Below, in pieces: positions 39,700 through 49,779 of a stretch of 64,000 nt of DNA. Below the pieces are notes generated by a model. It searched no databases, was not told the origin of the DNA, and worked only from the letters and a program-made list of their open reading frames with translations. Origin of the DNA: an uncultured Candidatus Binatia bacterium (lineage in GTDB: Bacteria; Desulfobacterota; Binatia; Bin18); NCBI GenBank assembly GCA_965214605.1, contig OZ243961.1:1792001-1856000 (forward strand), in the 5' to 3' direction. Numbering within the stretch: position 1 is the first letter of the stretch; every line of letters begins with the position of its first letter. Both the position numbers and the translations under genes were made by a program.

Positions 39700-41787
39700 C
39701 TAGCCGGAGAGCCGAATGACCAAATTCTGCTGGGCGTCGAGCCGTCCCCGGCCCTTCGGGCCGATGACTACCGTACATTCCCGTTCTTCGACAATAGCAG
39801 GTCCAGAAAAGGGCTTGCCAATCGGCAACAGATAGCGGTCGTACACCGGGCACGGGACATACCCCTCGTGCTCGGGGAAGTAGACCCGACGCTCCCCCTT
39901 TTGGGCAGCTTTGAGCGTTTGATTCGGTCTGTCCGGTGATGGCAGAGTCACCTGTGGCCGAGGTCCTGAGGCGAGCAAACGCCAGTTCACTACCTCAATC
40001 TCGACACCCGGATTAAGCCGCTTGTACAGCCGCTCATACTCCTCGGCAAACGCTTGACGCAGGTTCGGCAGCTGATCTGCGCTCAGGACCGGGGGCAGCG
40101 GCACCCGAATCTCAAATCCCTGCTGGAGATAGCGCATATCTGCCGAGCGGGTGAGCCTAATATCGCCCTCCACTCCGGCTGCGGTGAGCAGCGCCCGCCC
40201 GCGGTCCTCCATGTCCGCGTACAGTCGGTCCAGGGTTGCCAAGTCCAGCGTGGAGAGGGTCGTCACATAGCTCTGCACAAAATCAAAGGCCAAGGGCGCA
40301 GTCAGCATACCAAAGGCCGAGGTCACGCCGGCAGCTAGCGGACACACAATAGTTTGGAGCTTCAGTCGTTCAGCAACCCGGTAGGCGTGCACCGGACCCG
40401 CTCCGCCAAACGCAATCAGATGCGAGTCACGGGGGTCACGGCCCTTTTCGACCAGATGCATGCGCGCCGCATTCGCCATATTTTCGTTCACGACTTGGTG
40501 AATCCCCCAGGCTGCGCGCAGCACGTCAAGCTTGAGCGGCCCAGCGATCTTGTCGGCAATCGCTTGCCTGGCCGTATCTCGGTCGAGCCCCATCTTGCCA
40601 CCCAGAAAATAGTCCGGGCTCAGATAGCCCAGCACCAGGTCGGCGTCGGTCACGGTCGGTTCGGTTCCACCCTGGTCGTAGCACACCGGTCCTGGAGAAG
40701 ATCCGGCACTGTCTGGGCCGACCTTGAGCAGACCCAGCTCGTCGACCCGAGCGATACTACCCCCGCCGGCGCCGATTTCAATCATCTCGATCACCGGCAC
40801 CTTGAGCGGCAGGCCGCTGCCCTTTTTGAAGCGGTACACCCGGGCTGCCTCAAAATCCGTCGTCAGCATGGGCCGACCCCTATCAATCAGGCAAATCTTG
40901 GCTGTCGTGCCACCCATGTCAAACGAAATCACCCGGTCGAGTTGCTGCTGGGTGCTGTAAAAACTGGCGGCTAAAGCGCCCGCCGCCGGGCCGGATTCGA
41001 TCAGCCGTATTGGATACTCGCCGGCGACATCACAACTCGTAATGCCACCGTTCGACAGCATGACAAACATATCGCGCGGCATGCCCAAAGCCCGCAGATC
41101 GGTGTTCAGTTTGTCCAAGTATTGACGGGCCAGCGGTTTCACATACACATTGGCGACCGTGGTCGAGGTCCGCTCATACTCTCGGATTTCCGGCATGACC
41201 TCACACGAGAGTGAACACATCAGATGCGGAAAATGATCGGTCGCAATTTGTTTCACTAGCTGTTCATGGGCCGGATTGCGAAACGAGTGGAGGAGACAGA
41301 CGGCTAAGGCTTCGATGCCGGCATCGACGAGCTCCTCGATCACCGCCCGAACTTCTCTTGAATCCAGCGGGATAAGCACCTGACCGCTGTGGTCTAAGCG
41401 TTCGGTGACCTCACGGCGAAGAAAACGAGGGACTAAGGGCTGGGGATTTTCCAGCGAAATGTCGTAAATGTCATAACGGCGCTCGCGGCCAATTTCGAGC
41501 GCGTCCCGAAAGCCTTTGGTCGTGATAAGGCCCGTCTTGGCACCCTTGCGCTCAATGATCGCGTTGGTGATCAGCGTGGTCCCGTGCACTAAGTGCGAGA
41601 CGAGTTGGGGGCTGAGAGCCACTTGGTCAAGCAGCTCGCGTACCCCTTGGAGTACGGCGGCGGCCGGATCGTGCCGGGTTGTCAGGACCTTACCGATGGC
41701 TGCCTCCCCGCCGTCGGCAGACAGGAGGACAAGGTCCGTAAACGTCCCCCCAATATCTATCCCGAGCCGGTACGTTCCAGCCTTCAT
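39700..41787 (-). CDS. Hydantoinase A / 5-oxoprolinase family, ATP-dependent subunit
   Basis: 'DIGGTFTD', 'HGTT', 'SGPAAG', 'DMGGTT', 'GAGGGS', 'AFGGAGP'. Confidence 0.95.
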   Translation of the reverse strand: MKAGTYRLGIDIGGTFTDLVLLSADGGEAAIGKVLTTRHDPAAAVLQGVRELLDQVALSPQLVSHLVHGTTLITNAIIERKGAKTGLITTKGFRDALEIGRERRYDIYDISLENPQPLVPRFLRREVTERLDHSGQVLIPLDSREVRAVIEELVDAGIEALAVCLLHSFRNPAHEQLVKQIATDHFPHLMCSLSCEVMPEIREYERTSTTVANVYVKPLARQYLDKLNTDLRALGMPRDMFVMLSNGGITSCDVAGEYPIRLIESGPAAGALAASFYSTQQQLDRVISFDMGGTTAKICLIDRGRPMLTTDFEAARVYRFKKGSGLPLKVPVIEMIEIGAGGGSIARVDELGLLKVGPDSAGSSPGPVCYDQGGTEPTVTDADLVLGYLSPDYFLGGKMGLDRDTARQAIADKIAGPLKLDVLRAAWGIHQVVNENMANAARMHLVEKGRDPRDSHLIAFGGAGPVHAYRVAERLKLQTIVCPLAAGVTSAFGMLTAPLAFDFVQSYVTTLSTLDLATLDRLYADMEDRGRALLTAAGVEGDIRLTRSADMRYLQQGFEIRVPLPPVLSADQLPNLRQAFAEEYERLYKRLNPGVEIEVVNWRLLASGPRPQVTLPSPDRPNQTLKAAQKGERRVYFPEHEGYVPCPVYDRYLLPIGKPFSGPAIVEERECTVVIGPKGRGRLDAQQNLVIRLSG

Positions 41788-41832
41788 GGCAGCCACTATA
41801 CACCACACGCGGCAGGGAGAGAATGTGGCCGC

Positions 41833-42303
41833 TTAGTCTTCGACCTCCACAATCATCTCAATCTCAACCGCAATGTTGAACGGCAGCTGATACATGCCGA
41901 CTGCCGAGCGGGCATGACGGCCACGCTCACCGTACAGTTCAACCAACAGGTCCGAAGCACCATTAATAACCTGGGGCTGATTGTGGAAATCTTCCGCACA
42001 GTTCACAAAACCGAGCAGCTTGACTACCCGCTTGACCTTGTCAAGGTCGCCGAGCATCTGTTTGAGCGACTGCAGGATGTTCAGCATGACTTGTTTGGCC
42101 GCCTCGTATCCCTGTTCAGTTGTCAGCTCTTTCCCGACCTTCCCCTTGATGAACTGTACCTGTTCGTCCTTGAGCAGACCCGGACCGTGTCCGGATACAA
42201 ACAGCAGAGAGCCCACTCGCACGGCTGGCACATAATTCGCCACCGGCGTTGGAATAGGGGGTAAGGCCAAGTTCATTGCGGCCAGTTTTTTCTCAACCTC
42301 CAT
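41833..42303 (-). CDS. RidA/YjgF family protein
   Basis: 'ANYVP', 'VSGHGP', 'NGASDL', 'HARSAVG..LP', 'VEIE'. Confidence 0.92.
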   Translation of the reverse strand: MEVEKKLAAMNLALPPIPTPVANYVPAVRVGSLLFVSGHGPGLLKDEQVQFIKGKVGKELTTEQGYEAAKQVMLNILQSLKQMLGDLDKVKRVVKLLGFVNCAEDFHNQPQVINGASDLLVELYGERGRHARSAVGMYQLPFNIAVEIEMIVEVED

Positions 42304-42356
42304 GTCCTTCTCCTTAATATGCAATATGAAAACTGCGCAGACACACACCACCGCCC

Positions 42357-43331
42357 CTAGCCTTCCTCTTCGGCTAGCGCTTCCAACACGGCCGCGGCCA
42401 ACAGCGGCACCATTACCTCGTGGTGACCCGTAATCGCGTAGCCCCGGCCACCAACCTGGGCCGGACGACCAACAACATTCTGCAGCGGGCGGTAGTGTTG
42501 CTGCATATCGAGATTGACAGTCACAAAGTCTTTTAAATCCGCCCCCAGATTTTGAGCGATGGTAAACGCCTTCAAGAACACCTCGGGTAAAATCACCGCC
42601 GAACCGATATTCAGATACACGCCGCCCGACAGCTCGGCAACCAGGCTGCTCAACAGTCGAAAGTCGGTAAAACTGGCCTGACCCAACAGGGATCCGGCGG
42701 CGTTGTCCCGCATATGAATGATATCAGTCCCTAGCGCAACGTGGACCGTCAGCGGCACGTTGAGTTGAAAGGCGGTCGCCAACAGACTGTGGGCCACGTA
42801 GGGCGGACTCAGCGCGACGAGTTTTTGACCCAGGGCTTCGCCCAGGCCGATCCGGCCGGTGCGAACCTCATCGCAGTCCAGCGCGTCATTCATCAGCTGA
42901 CCGGTTTCCGTCACCATGCCGAAGCTGCCGTCGCCTAAACCCGAGGCGACATCTTCAGACGTCTCGCCGATCAGGGCAATCTCAAAATCATGAATTGGAC
43001 CTGCTCCGTTCATGGCGATGGCGCTAATAACTCCACGGCGCATCAGTTCAATAATCCATGGACTCAAACCACACTTAATCAGGTGCGCGCCCATACCCCA
43101 GATGACCAGCTTGTCAGCCCGATGAGCGGCAATGACAGCCTGAACAACAGCCGGGAAATCTTCCCCGACCAGAATCTTGGGCAGGCTGTCAAGAAAGTCC
43201 CGCAGCCCGCCCCGCGGCTCATACACTGTGGCAAAGTCCTGCAGGCTGACCTTGTTTCGGCGCTCGGCTAGCGGAGAGGTTCTCACCCGGCCTAAATCGA
43301 TCGGCTTGACAGACTTATACATACGTTTCAT
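42357..43331 (-). CDS. Conserved protein, probable deoxyhypusine-synthase-like fold
   Basis: 'GMGAHLIKCGL', 'MNGAG.IHD.E', 'G.FG...ET', 'GSAVILPEVFLKA', 'GHHE'; ATGA-coupled to the gmhA fusion. Confidence 0.6.
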   Translation of the reverse strand: MKRMYKSVKPIDLGRVRTSPLAERRNKVSLQDFATVYEPRGGLRDFLDSLPKILVGEDFPAVVQAVIAAHRADKLVIWGMGAHLIKCGLSPWIIELMRRGVISAIAMNGAGPIHDFEIALIGETSEDVASGLGDGSFGMVTETGQLMNDALDCDEVRTGRIGLGEALGQKLVALSPPYVAHSLLATAFQLNVPLTVHVALGTDIIHMRDNAAGSLLGQASFTDFRLLSSLVAELSGGVYLNIGSAVILPEVFLKAFTIAQNLGADLKDFVTVNLDMQQHYRPLQNVVGRPAQVGGRGYAITGHHEVMVPLLAAAVLEALAEEEG

Positions 43332-44446
43332 GCACGGTAGGCGCGATCGACCCACTCACACACAATATGGCCGATGGTGATATGCGCCTCTTGGATACGG
43401 GCCGTGTTTGAAGCCGGTACGATCAGTGCCTGGTCCACCAGCGCAGCCAGTCGTCCGCCGCCTTTGCCCAACAGCCCAATCGTAGTCAGGCCCCGGTGTC
43501 TGGCCGTCTCGACTGCTCGCACGATATTGGCAGAATTCCCGCTGGTACTGATCGCCAGCAAGACATCACCGGCCTTGGCCAGGGCTGCGACTTGACGGGC
43601 AAACAACATTGAGAAGCCACAGTCGTTCGCGATGGAGGTCAACGCCGAGGAATCGGTTGTCAGCGCAATAGCCGGCAGCCCCTCCCGTTCGACCTCGAAC
43701 CGCCCCACCAACTCTGCCGCAATATGTTGGGCATCAGCCGCGCTGCCCCCGTTGCCGCACAGCAGGATCTTGTTTCCGCGTTGCAAGGCCTGCACCACAG
43801 TTCGGGCAGCGGCCATGATATCGACGGCCACCTCCCGGGCAAGGGCGCATTTGGTCAGCGCACTCTCCTGCAGACGCTGAACAACTCGCTTGAGCTCGGC
43901 CGACTGCCCGGCCGGCCCCGATCGTCCGGCGGTCCGCGACTGTGCCTCATCCCCTCTTTCTCGTGCGGCGGCCGGGACGATCCACATCTGTTCCATCAAA
44001 CGTGTTGACGAATACTCAGGCACGCTGCTGTTGATGGACACGACACATCCGCCCTCGGCTTCCACCACCTCCCGGCCCACAATCCGCTCCACCGGCCAGT
44101 CTCCCCCCTTGGTCAGCACGTCCGGCACCAGCCGCTCAATGACACGGGCCGGGGTCAGTTCATCGAAAATCAGCACATGATCGACACAAGCCAGGGCGGA
44201 CAGCACAACGGCGCGGTCCCGCTCGTTCGATACGGGTCGGCCAAGACCTTTCAGTGCGCGGACCGAACGGTCACTGTTGAGGCCAACCATGAGGAGCTGT
44301 CCGTAGGCTTTTGCCTGTCCAAGGTATTCGATATGACCGCGATGCAGAAGGTCAAAGCAGCCGTTGGTGAACACGACCCGGTGCCCTGCCTGTTTGGCCT
44401 GCCGACGTATGTCTACAGCTTCCTCCAAGCTGATAAGCGTGCCCAT
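43328..44446 (-). CDS. Fusion of heptose-1-phosphate adenylyltransferase (HldC/RfaE-II) and phosphoheptose isomerase (GmhA)
   Basis: 'FTNGCFDLLHRGH', 'GLNSD.SV..LKG', 'KGGDW', then 'CGNGGSAADAQH', 'STSGNS', 'IQEAH'. Confidence 0.9.
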   Translation of the reverse strand: MGTLISLEEAVDIRRQAKQAGHRVVFTNGCFDLLHRGHIEYLGQAKAYGQLLMVGLNSDRSVRALKGLGRPVSNERDRAVVLSALACVDHVLIFDELTPARVIERLVPDVLTKGGDWPVERIVGREVVEAEGGCVVSINSSVPEYSSTRLMEQMWIVPAAARERGDEAQSRTAGRSGPAGQSAELKRVVQRLQESALTKCALAREVAVDIMAAARTVVQALQRGNKILLCGNGGSAADAQHIAAELVGRFEVEREGLPAIALTTDSSALTSIANDCGFSMLFARQVAALAKAGDVLLAISTSGNSANIVRAVETARHRGLTTIGLLGKGGGRLAALVDQALIVPASNTARIQEAHITIGHIVCEWVDRAYRA

Positions 44447-44550
44447 AAGTGCTCCTTCAGATCTCAAGACGCTAGCGGAGGACTGCTGATGATTATATCC
44501 TATCCGTCTGGAGCGCAACTCAGCTTCGTTACGGAGAACAGGAGAGAGCT

Positions 44551-44890
44551 GTGGGACGGCTCCGCCAGCTGTCGAAGACGCATAGCGGGAGAGCTGACGC
44601 TTTTTGATAGCGGGGCCCGGAATACCTACGTTACTCCGGAAGTCGCGGTAACCACCGCGCCGCTTGATCCTCCCATGGGCTGGGGAGCTGGGCTCAAAGC
44701 GAGCAATACAGCCGACCACGAAGGTGTGCCTCTATCGGCCCACCCCCTTTGAAAAGATCGGCAGCGATGAAGAGGGGAAGCCTATTGCGATACTGTGTGG
44801 AGCCTTTGGTGACGGAGGAATGGAGTATCCGCTTGATTGCCGGGCAAGAAAAAACGCCCTTTCGCATTCTCCCAGCCTCTAGAGTTTTAG
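44551..44890 (+). pseudogene. Retropepsin-like (clan AA) aspartic protease remnant
   Basis: AGGAG then GTG; 'TLFDSGARNTYV'; in another frame 'IGSDEEGKPIAILCGA'. Confidence 0.55.
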
Positions 44891-47154
44891 TTTTCTGACC
44901 GTGCCTCGTGCGGCGTGAACGTTTTGAGAGCCGCCGCTCCCCGTTGAGTCAGCCACAGATACAGATACTCAGAGGCCTCAATCACCAACAGCTTCTGCTC
45001 GACTAGCTCGTCGACGGCTTGCAGCAGTTCTTGGTGGGAGTGTTGGACCACAGAGCGGTAGCCCGGTAGCAAAGCTATTGGCGACGACCTCTCCCCATCC
45101 AGAACGCGAACGCCAGTAGATGTGTTGGTGTTCTTGGCCGCCGGACGCGTGCTCGGGTCTGTTGTCCCGCGTAGAAAATGGACAACTCCGGAACGCGACA
45201 GTTGGCCATCCTGCGTGCGGACAACGTCTAACACCGTCCGGCCAATCTCAGCCGGCACCGCACCAAACAGGACGGAGGAAGAGTCGGGGGCTAGGGAAGT
45301 CTCGGAGGACAGCGTCTGGGCAGGCTCGGGGACGGCTTGAGACACCTGCTCGGGCGGGATCGAAGCGATCTTTTTAGCCTGGGCTCGTGGCAGCACAACG
45401 CGCGGGTATTGGCCTGGAATCAGACGCAGTTCCCCAGCTTGAATGCACGTATCGATCTGGTCAATGATCTGATCCTGGGTGAAGCGGGTTAATGCCCCGT
45501 AGTGCGGCGAAGAGTCGAGTTGAAGCTGACGCATCCGTCGTGCCCTGCTGCCGGATAAGACCTGGGCTAAGCCAGATCGGCCCAGGCCACGGTTCTGAAG
45601 GTCAGAGACCGCGGCCAGAATAATTGGGCGGCTGTCAAACGCCTCTAAAACGGGAGGCTGAGCCGGTCCCTCAATCGCACCACCTTGAGTGGCACGGCAC
45701 ACATCGCAGCTCTCACATCGCTGACCGATCGCCACTTTTTCTCCAAAGTAGCGCAGAATGACGGTTCGGCGACAGCTCTCGGTCGTCAAATAATCTAGCA
45801 GCTCGCCCAAACGACGATAATCGGCCTGCTGGCGCTGCTCCACGAAAGAGAAATCAAGCCGTAGCTCTTGCTCGCTTGTTTGGCTGAGGAGATGGACGCT
45901 GGTGCCTGTCCATTCGATGTAACGCTGGTCCTGGAGAAGGGCTAGGGTGACATTGACCTTTTCCTCACTCAGGCGAGGCACCTGCTGCGGGATGTCGCGC
46001 GGCGCGACAGCATTTTTGAGCAAACGATAAATCGCGCGTACCTCGCCGAGGCTGGGATAACGCTGGTCAATAAAAAATCGCTGCAAGCCGCTATCGCGCT
46101 TGTCATACAGCACGATGCACTGGGCGGGTTGGTTATCTCGACCGGCCCGACCCGCCTCCTGATAATACGCCTCCAACGACCCGGGATGCTGATAGTGAAT
46201 CACCGCCCGGACATCAGATTTGTCAATGCCCATACCAAAGGCGACGGTGGCCACGATGACCCGCGTCGTGCCGTTAATAAAGACCTGCTGGTTCTTGCGG
46301 CGGACAGGCGGCTCTAAACCGGCGTGGTAGGGGACAGCCTCGATTTGACGCTCGTTGAGTGTTGCAGCCAGCGCTTCAGCGTCACGTTGGCGCGAGACAT
46401 AGACAATACAGCTGCCGTCAATGCCCTGCAGCAGGGCGATCAGGGCTTCGGGCTTGGCCTTAGTGACACACCGCACTACACTTAAAAACAGATTTGGACG
46501 GTCAAAGGAATTGACCAGTAAAAAAGGATCGGCCAAGCCGAGTTGAAACGCAATCTCGCGTCGGACTGCGGGCGTTGCGGTTGCGGTTAGAGCCAGCACG
46601 GCGCGGGGTTTAAGAGCGCGGATCGCCTCCCGCAACTGTAAATAATCGGGACGAAAATCGTGTCCCCACTGGCTGACACAGTGGGCTTCATCAACCACAA
46701 ACAGACCGAGCGGCACGCGTTTGAGCAGCTCAAGAAAGCCCGGCACCCCAAAGCGTTCCGGCGCTACGTACAGCAGCTTCAGCTGCTGGCTGATCAGACG
46801 CTGAATCCGCCGTTCGCTTTCGGCTCGCGACAGGCTGGAGTTGAGGGCGGCAGAATGCAGAATCCCTCGGGCGTGCAGTTGATCGACCTGATCCTTCATT
46901 AACGCAATCAGCGGAGAGACGACCACCGTGACTCCCCGGCTCAACAGGGCCGGGAGTTGGTAACAGAGCGACTTCCCACCCCCGGTCGGCATAATGGCGA
47001 CCGTTGAACGACCCGCCAGCACGGCTTCGATCACCTCGCGCTGACCCGGACGGAACGAATCAAAACCAAAGTGACGGAGGAGCGCCGTGTCAAGAGCCTG
47101 TGACTCAGCGAACGGAGCGGCGGGGGCGGTGGGGCGGGAGCGTTCCCTTCTCAT
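44887..47154 (-). CDS. recQ: RecQ-family ATP-dependent DNA helicase
   Basis: 'PTGGGKS', 'DEAHC.SQWGHDFRP', 'LTATA', 'QEAGRAGRD', zinc motif 'CRR...C..CDVC'. Confidence 0.95.
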   Translation of the reverse strand: MRRERSRPTAPAAPFAESQALDTALLRHFGFDSFRPGQREVIEAVLAGRSTVAIMPTGGGKSLCYQLPALLSRGVTVVVSPLIALMKDQVDQLHARGILHSAALNSSLSRAESERRIQRLISQQLKLLYVAPERFGVPGFLELLKRVPLGLFVVDEAHCVSQWGHDFRPDYLQLREAIRALKPRAVLALTATATPAVRREIAFQLGLADPFLLVNSFDRPNLFLSVVRCVTKAKPEALIALLQGIDGSCIVYVSRQRDAEALAATLNERQIEAVPYHAGLEPPVRRKNQQVFINGTTRVIVATVAFGMGIDKSDVRAVIHYQHPGSLEAYYQEAGRAGRDNQPAQCIVLYDKRDSGLQRFFIDQRYPSLGEVRAIYRLLKNAVAPRDIPQQVPRLSEEKVNVTLALLQDQRYIEWTGTSVHLLSQTSEQELRLDFSFVEQRQQADYRRLGELLDYLTTESCRRTVILRYFGEKVAIGQRCESCDVCRATQGGAIEGPAQPPVLEAFDSRPIILAAVSDLQNRGLGRSGLAQVLSGSRARRMRQLQLDSSPHYGALTRFTQDQIIDQIDTCIQAGELRLIPGQYPRVVLPRAQAKKIASIPPEQVSQAVPEPAQTLSSETSLAPDSSSVLFGAVPAEIGRTVLDVVRTQDGQLSRSGVVHFLRGTTDPSTRPAAKNTNTSTGVRVLDGERSSPIALLPGYRSVVQHSHQELLQAVDELVEQKLLVIEASEYLYLWLTQRGAAALKTFTPHEARSEN

Positions 47155-47828
47155 AGAGTCATTAATACCCCGCCAAACAAAGCGGGGTGATAGAAGCGCA
47201 CAACATAGAAGAGGATCAGGGCGACCACAATTGCTCCCCAGCGGAGTTCGCGGCCGGGAAAAGGTTGTTTTTTACTCACAATCGCGGCAAAGGGCACAAA
47301 GGAGGTAGCGTCCTGAAACGCGGGATAACCGGGCACGTCTCTGCTCTTGCGCTGATCCAGATGCTTAGCCCCGACCCAGGCAAACACCACAAATCCGCCG
47401 AAAAAGATCAGATCACCCAGGGCGCCAATCACCGCCAGGTGGGCCAAGCCAAATAGGAAAGCTGCCGCAAAAAAAGGGTGACGGGTGATGCGGGTCATAC
47501 CGTAGGCCCGGGGTGTTCCTTGGGACGGACGGTCCAGCACCCCGCCCAGCAGCAGGATAAAGGCGAGCAACATGCCTGCTATGTTGAGATCCCGGGCCAG
47601 CAGATACGGCTCCAGGGTGACCCATAGCTGCGGTCCGACGTGCTTATGCTCGGCATAGTACATGCACAGGGGCATAAAGGTGGCAAGCGCGATCAGCGCA
47701 TACACGGCCCGAAACGGGCGCTCACCCCAGCGGGTCACCAGCTTGGGCCGGACTCGCGCTGAGGACAGGAGCAGATGAGTCGCACCGAACAGCACCCACC
47801 AGCCACCGATAATAAGTGTCTCTTTCAT
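47151..47828 (-). CDS. NnrU family membrane protein
   Basis: 'FGATH', 'RITRHP', 'TSFVPFAAI'; multi-TM. Confidence 0.8.
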   Translation of the reverse strand: MKETLIIGGWWVLFGATHLLLSSARVRPKLVTRWGERPFRAVYALIALATFMPLCMYYAEHKHVGPQLWVTLEPYLLARDLNIAGMLLAFILLLGGVLDRPSQGTPRAYGMTRITRHPFFAAAFLFGLAHLAVIGALGDLIFFGGFVVFAWVGAKHLDQRKSRDVPGYPAFQDATSFVPFAAIVSKKQPFPGRELRWGAIVVALILFYVVRFYHPALFGGVLMTL

Positions 47829-47837
47829 GACTCGTGT

Positions 47838-48590
47838 CTAGCGAGCGATATACCCGCCGTCAATGACAAACGGCGCTCCAGTCGCAAACGACGACTCGTC
47901 ACTGGCTAAAAATAGCGCTGCGTTGGCGATATCTTGGGCTTGGCCAAGACGGCCGATGGGTTCCAGACGGATCACCCCTTCCTCAGGTCGCTCGCCAATA
48001 ACGCGCTGAGCCATGGGGGTGGCAACAATACCGGGGCAGATACAGTTGACCCGGATATTTTTGCTGGCATATTCCAGGGCAGCCACACGGGTCAGATTGA
48101 TCACCCCGGCTTTGGCCGCCGCATACGCTCCGCTGCCCGGAAACCCGACCATACCGGCCACCGAAGCGGTACTCAGGATCACGCCGCCGCCCTGCTTTAT
48201 CATTTCAGGAATCACGTACTTCATACCTAGGTAGACCGAGGTCAGATCAATCGCAATCACCTTCTCCCAGGCATCTTCGTCATAATTGACCACCTTGGCC
48301 GAGGGCCCCTCAATGCCGGCGTTATTAAACAGAATGTCCACCCGGCCATAGGTTTGGACGGAATGCCGAATCATCCCCTGTACGTCGGCCGATTTCGACA
48401 CATCAGCCTGGACAAAGCTCGCTTGGCCACCGGCGTCGGTGATGTCTCGGACGCTCTGCCGGCCCCCCTCGGCCATAGAGTCGGCGACCACGACCTTGGC
48501 TCCGTGCTCAGCAAACAGGCGACACGAAGCGCGGCCAATTCCTGATCCACCGCCCGTAATCAGGGCGACTTTGCCCTTGAGTCGATCCAT
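47838..48590 (-). CDS. SDR family oxidoreductase
   Basis: TGGGSGIG, NNAG, YAAAK, 'IDGG'. Confidence 0.95.
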   Translation of the reverse strand: MDRLKGKVALITGGGSGIGRASCRLFAEHGAKVVVADSMAEGGRQSVRDITDAGGQASFVQADVSKSADVQGMIRHSVQTYGRVDILFNNAGIEGPSAKVVNYDEDAWEKVIAIDLTSVYLGMKYVIPEMIKQGGGVILSTASVAGMVGFPGSGAYAAAKAGVINLTRVAALEYASKNIRVNCICPGIVATPMAQRVIGERPEEGVIRLEPIGRLGQAQDIANAALFLASDESSFATGAPFVIDGGYIAR

Positions 48591-48671
48591 ATCTCCTCCC
48601 TTCAAAGCTCTTTGGTGATCTCTTGTGGTCATCACCGATAGTTTTTAGCAGCGGGCTCCAGGCTTTTGCCA

Positions 48672-49718
48672 TCAGCTATGGGGGCTGGGAAAAAGGGGGT
48701 GCGGTGCTTCGAGCAGACGTTCGGCCTCTTGGACAATATCCGTCACAATACGCACGGCCGGCTTGATATCGTGGATCAAACCGCACGATTCTCCGGCGTA
48801 TAGCGCCGTGTGTTCCATATCACCTTGGAAACCCGACAGGGGCGGAAAAATCCCGTAACGGGGCAGCTCGACCGACGTGCCAGCCATTGGCATGCGCCCG
48901 ACCACACCGCCCTCGCCAGGCCGCTGACCACTGGTCGGACAGCCGGCCGCGTGCCACTCCTTGACCGCGGTGTTGCGCAGCACCCGGTGGGCAGCCCCGG
49001 GCCAGCCAACATCAAACAAAAAGGTGTGGATGGTGTCTTCGGCGGTGCTGTCAACAATCCGCTTTTTGTAGGCAGCAATGACCCGTATCTCTTGGCTGGC
49101 CACAAAACGGGTCCCCATGGAAACCGCCTGGGCGCCAAGGCTCAGCGCCGCCACTAGGCCCCTGCCATTGGCAATGCCGCCGGCGGCAATGACCGGCAGC
49201 GGTTCAACCGCCTCGACAACGCGAGGCACGATGGTGGACAGCGACGTTGTGCTCCTCACATGACCGCCCGCTTCAACACCCTGGGCAATAATCCCGTCTA
49301 CCCCGGCCGCGGCCGCGGCAACGGCTTCGTCAACGGAGCCGGTCTGCAGAAAAACTTTTGTTCCACACCGGTGGGCTTCGGCGACATACGGCTGTGGATC
49401 GCCCCAAAAAAGCACCAGCAGAGGAATCGCTTCTTCCAAACAGCTCTCAATTTGCCGCTCTTGCAGGAGGGGCAGAATAATGTTGACCCCAAAGGGTTTA
49501 TCCGTCAGAGTGCGGAGGTGTTGAATCTGTTGGCGGGTGTACGGCGCGGGCAGCCCGCCCATGCCAAGCACCCCACACGCTCCTGCATTGGATACTGCAG
49601 CTGCCAGCTCCGGCCCGGCCATACCTCCACCCATGCCAACCGAAAAGATCGGATACTCGATGCTGAGCTGCTGACACAAGGGCGTGTGCAGGCAGGTCTT
49701 TGAACCCGTTTTTGCCAT
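48672..49718 (-). CDS. Nitronate monooxygenase family flavoprotein
   Basis: 'AAVSNAG', 'PFGVN', 'QGVEAGGH', 'AAGGI', 'MGTRF'. Confidence 0.92.
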   Translation of the reverse strand: MAKTGSKTCLHTPLCQQLSIEYPIFSVGMGGGMAGPELAAAVSNAGACGVLGMGGLPAPYTRQQIQHLRTLTDKPFGVNIILPLLQERQIESCLEEAIPLLVLFWGDPQPYVAEAHRCGTKVFLQTGSVDEAVAAAAAGVDGIIAQGVEAGGHVRSTTSLSTIVPRVVEAVEPLPVIAAGGIANGRGLVAALSLGAQAVSMGTRFVASQEIRVIAAYKKRIVDSTAEDTIHTFLFDVGWPGAAHRVLRNTAVKEWHAAGCPTSGQRPGEGGVVGRMPMAGTSVELPRYGIFPPLSGFQGDMEHTALYAGESCGLIHDIKPAVRIVTDIVQEAERLLEAPHPLFPSPHS

Positions 49719-49779
49719 TAGTCCTCCAGTCGGGGCCGTGTGTTTCTACAAACAGGGCCGTACTGTCCTGTTCGACTGC

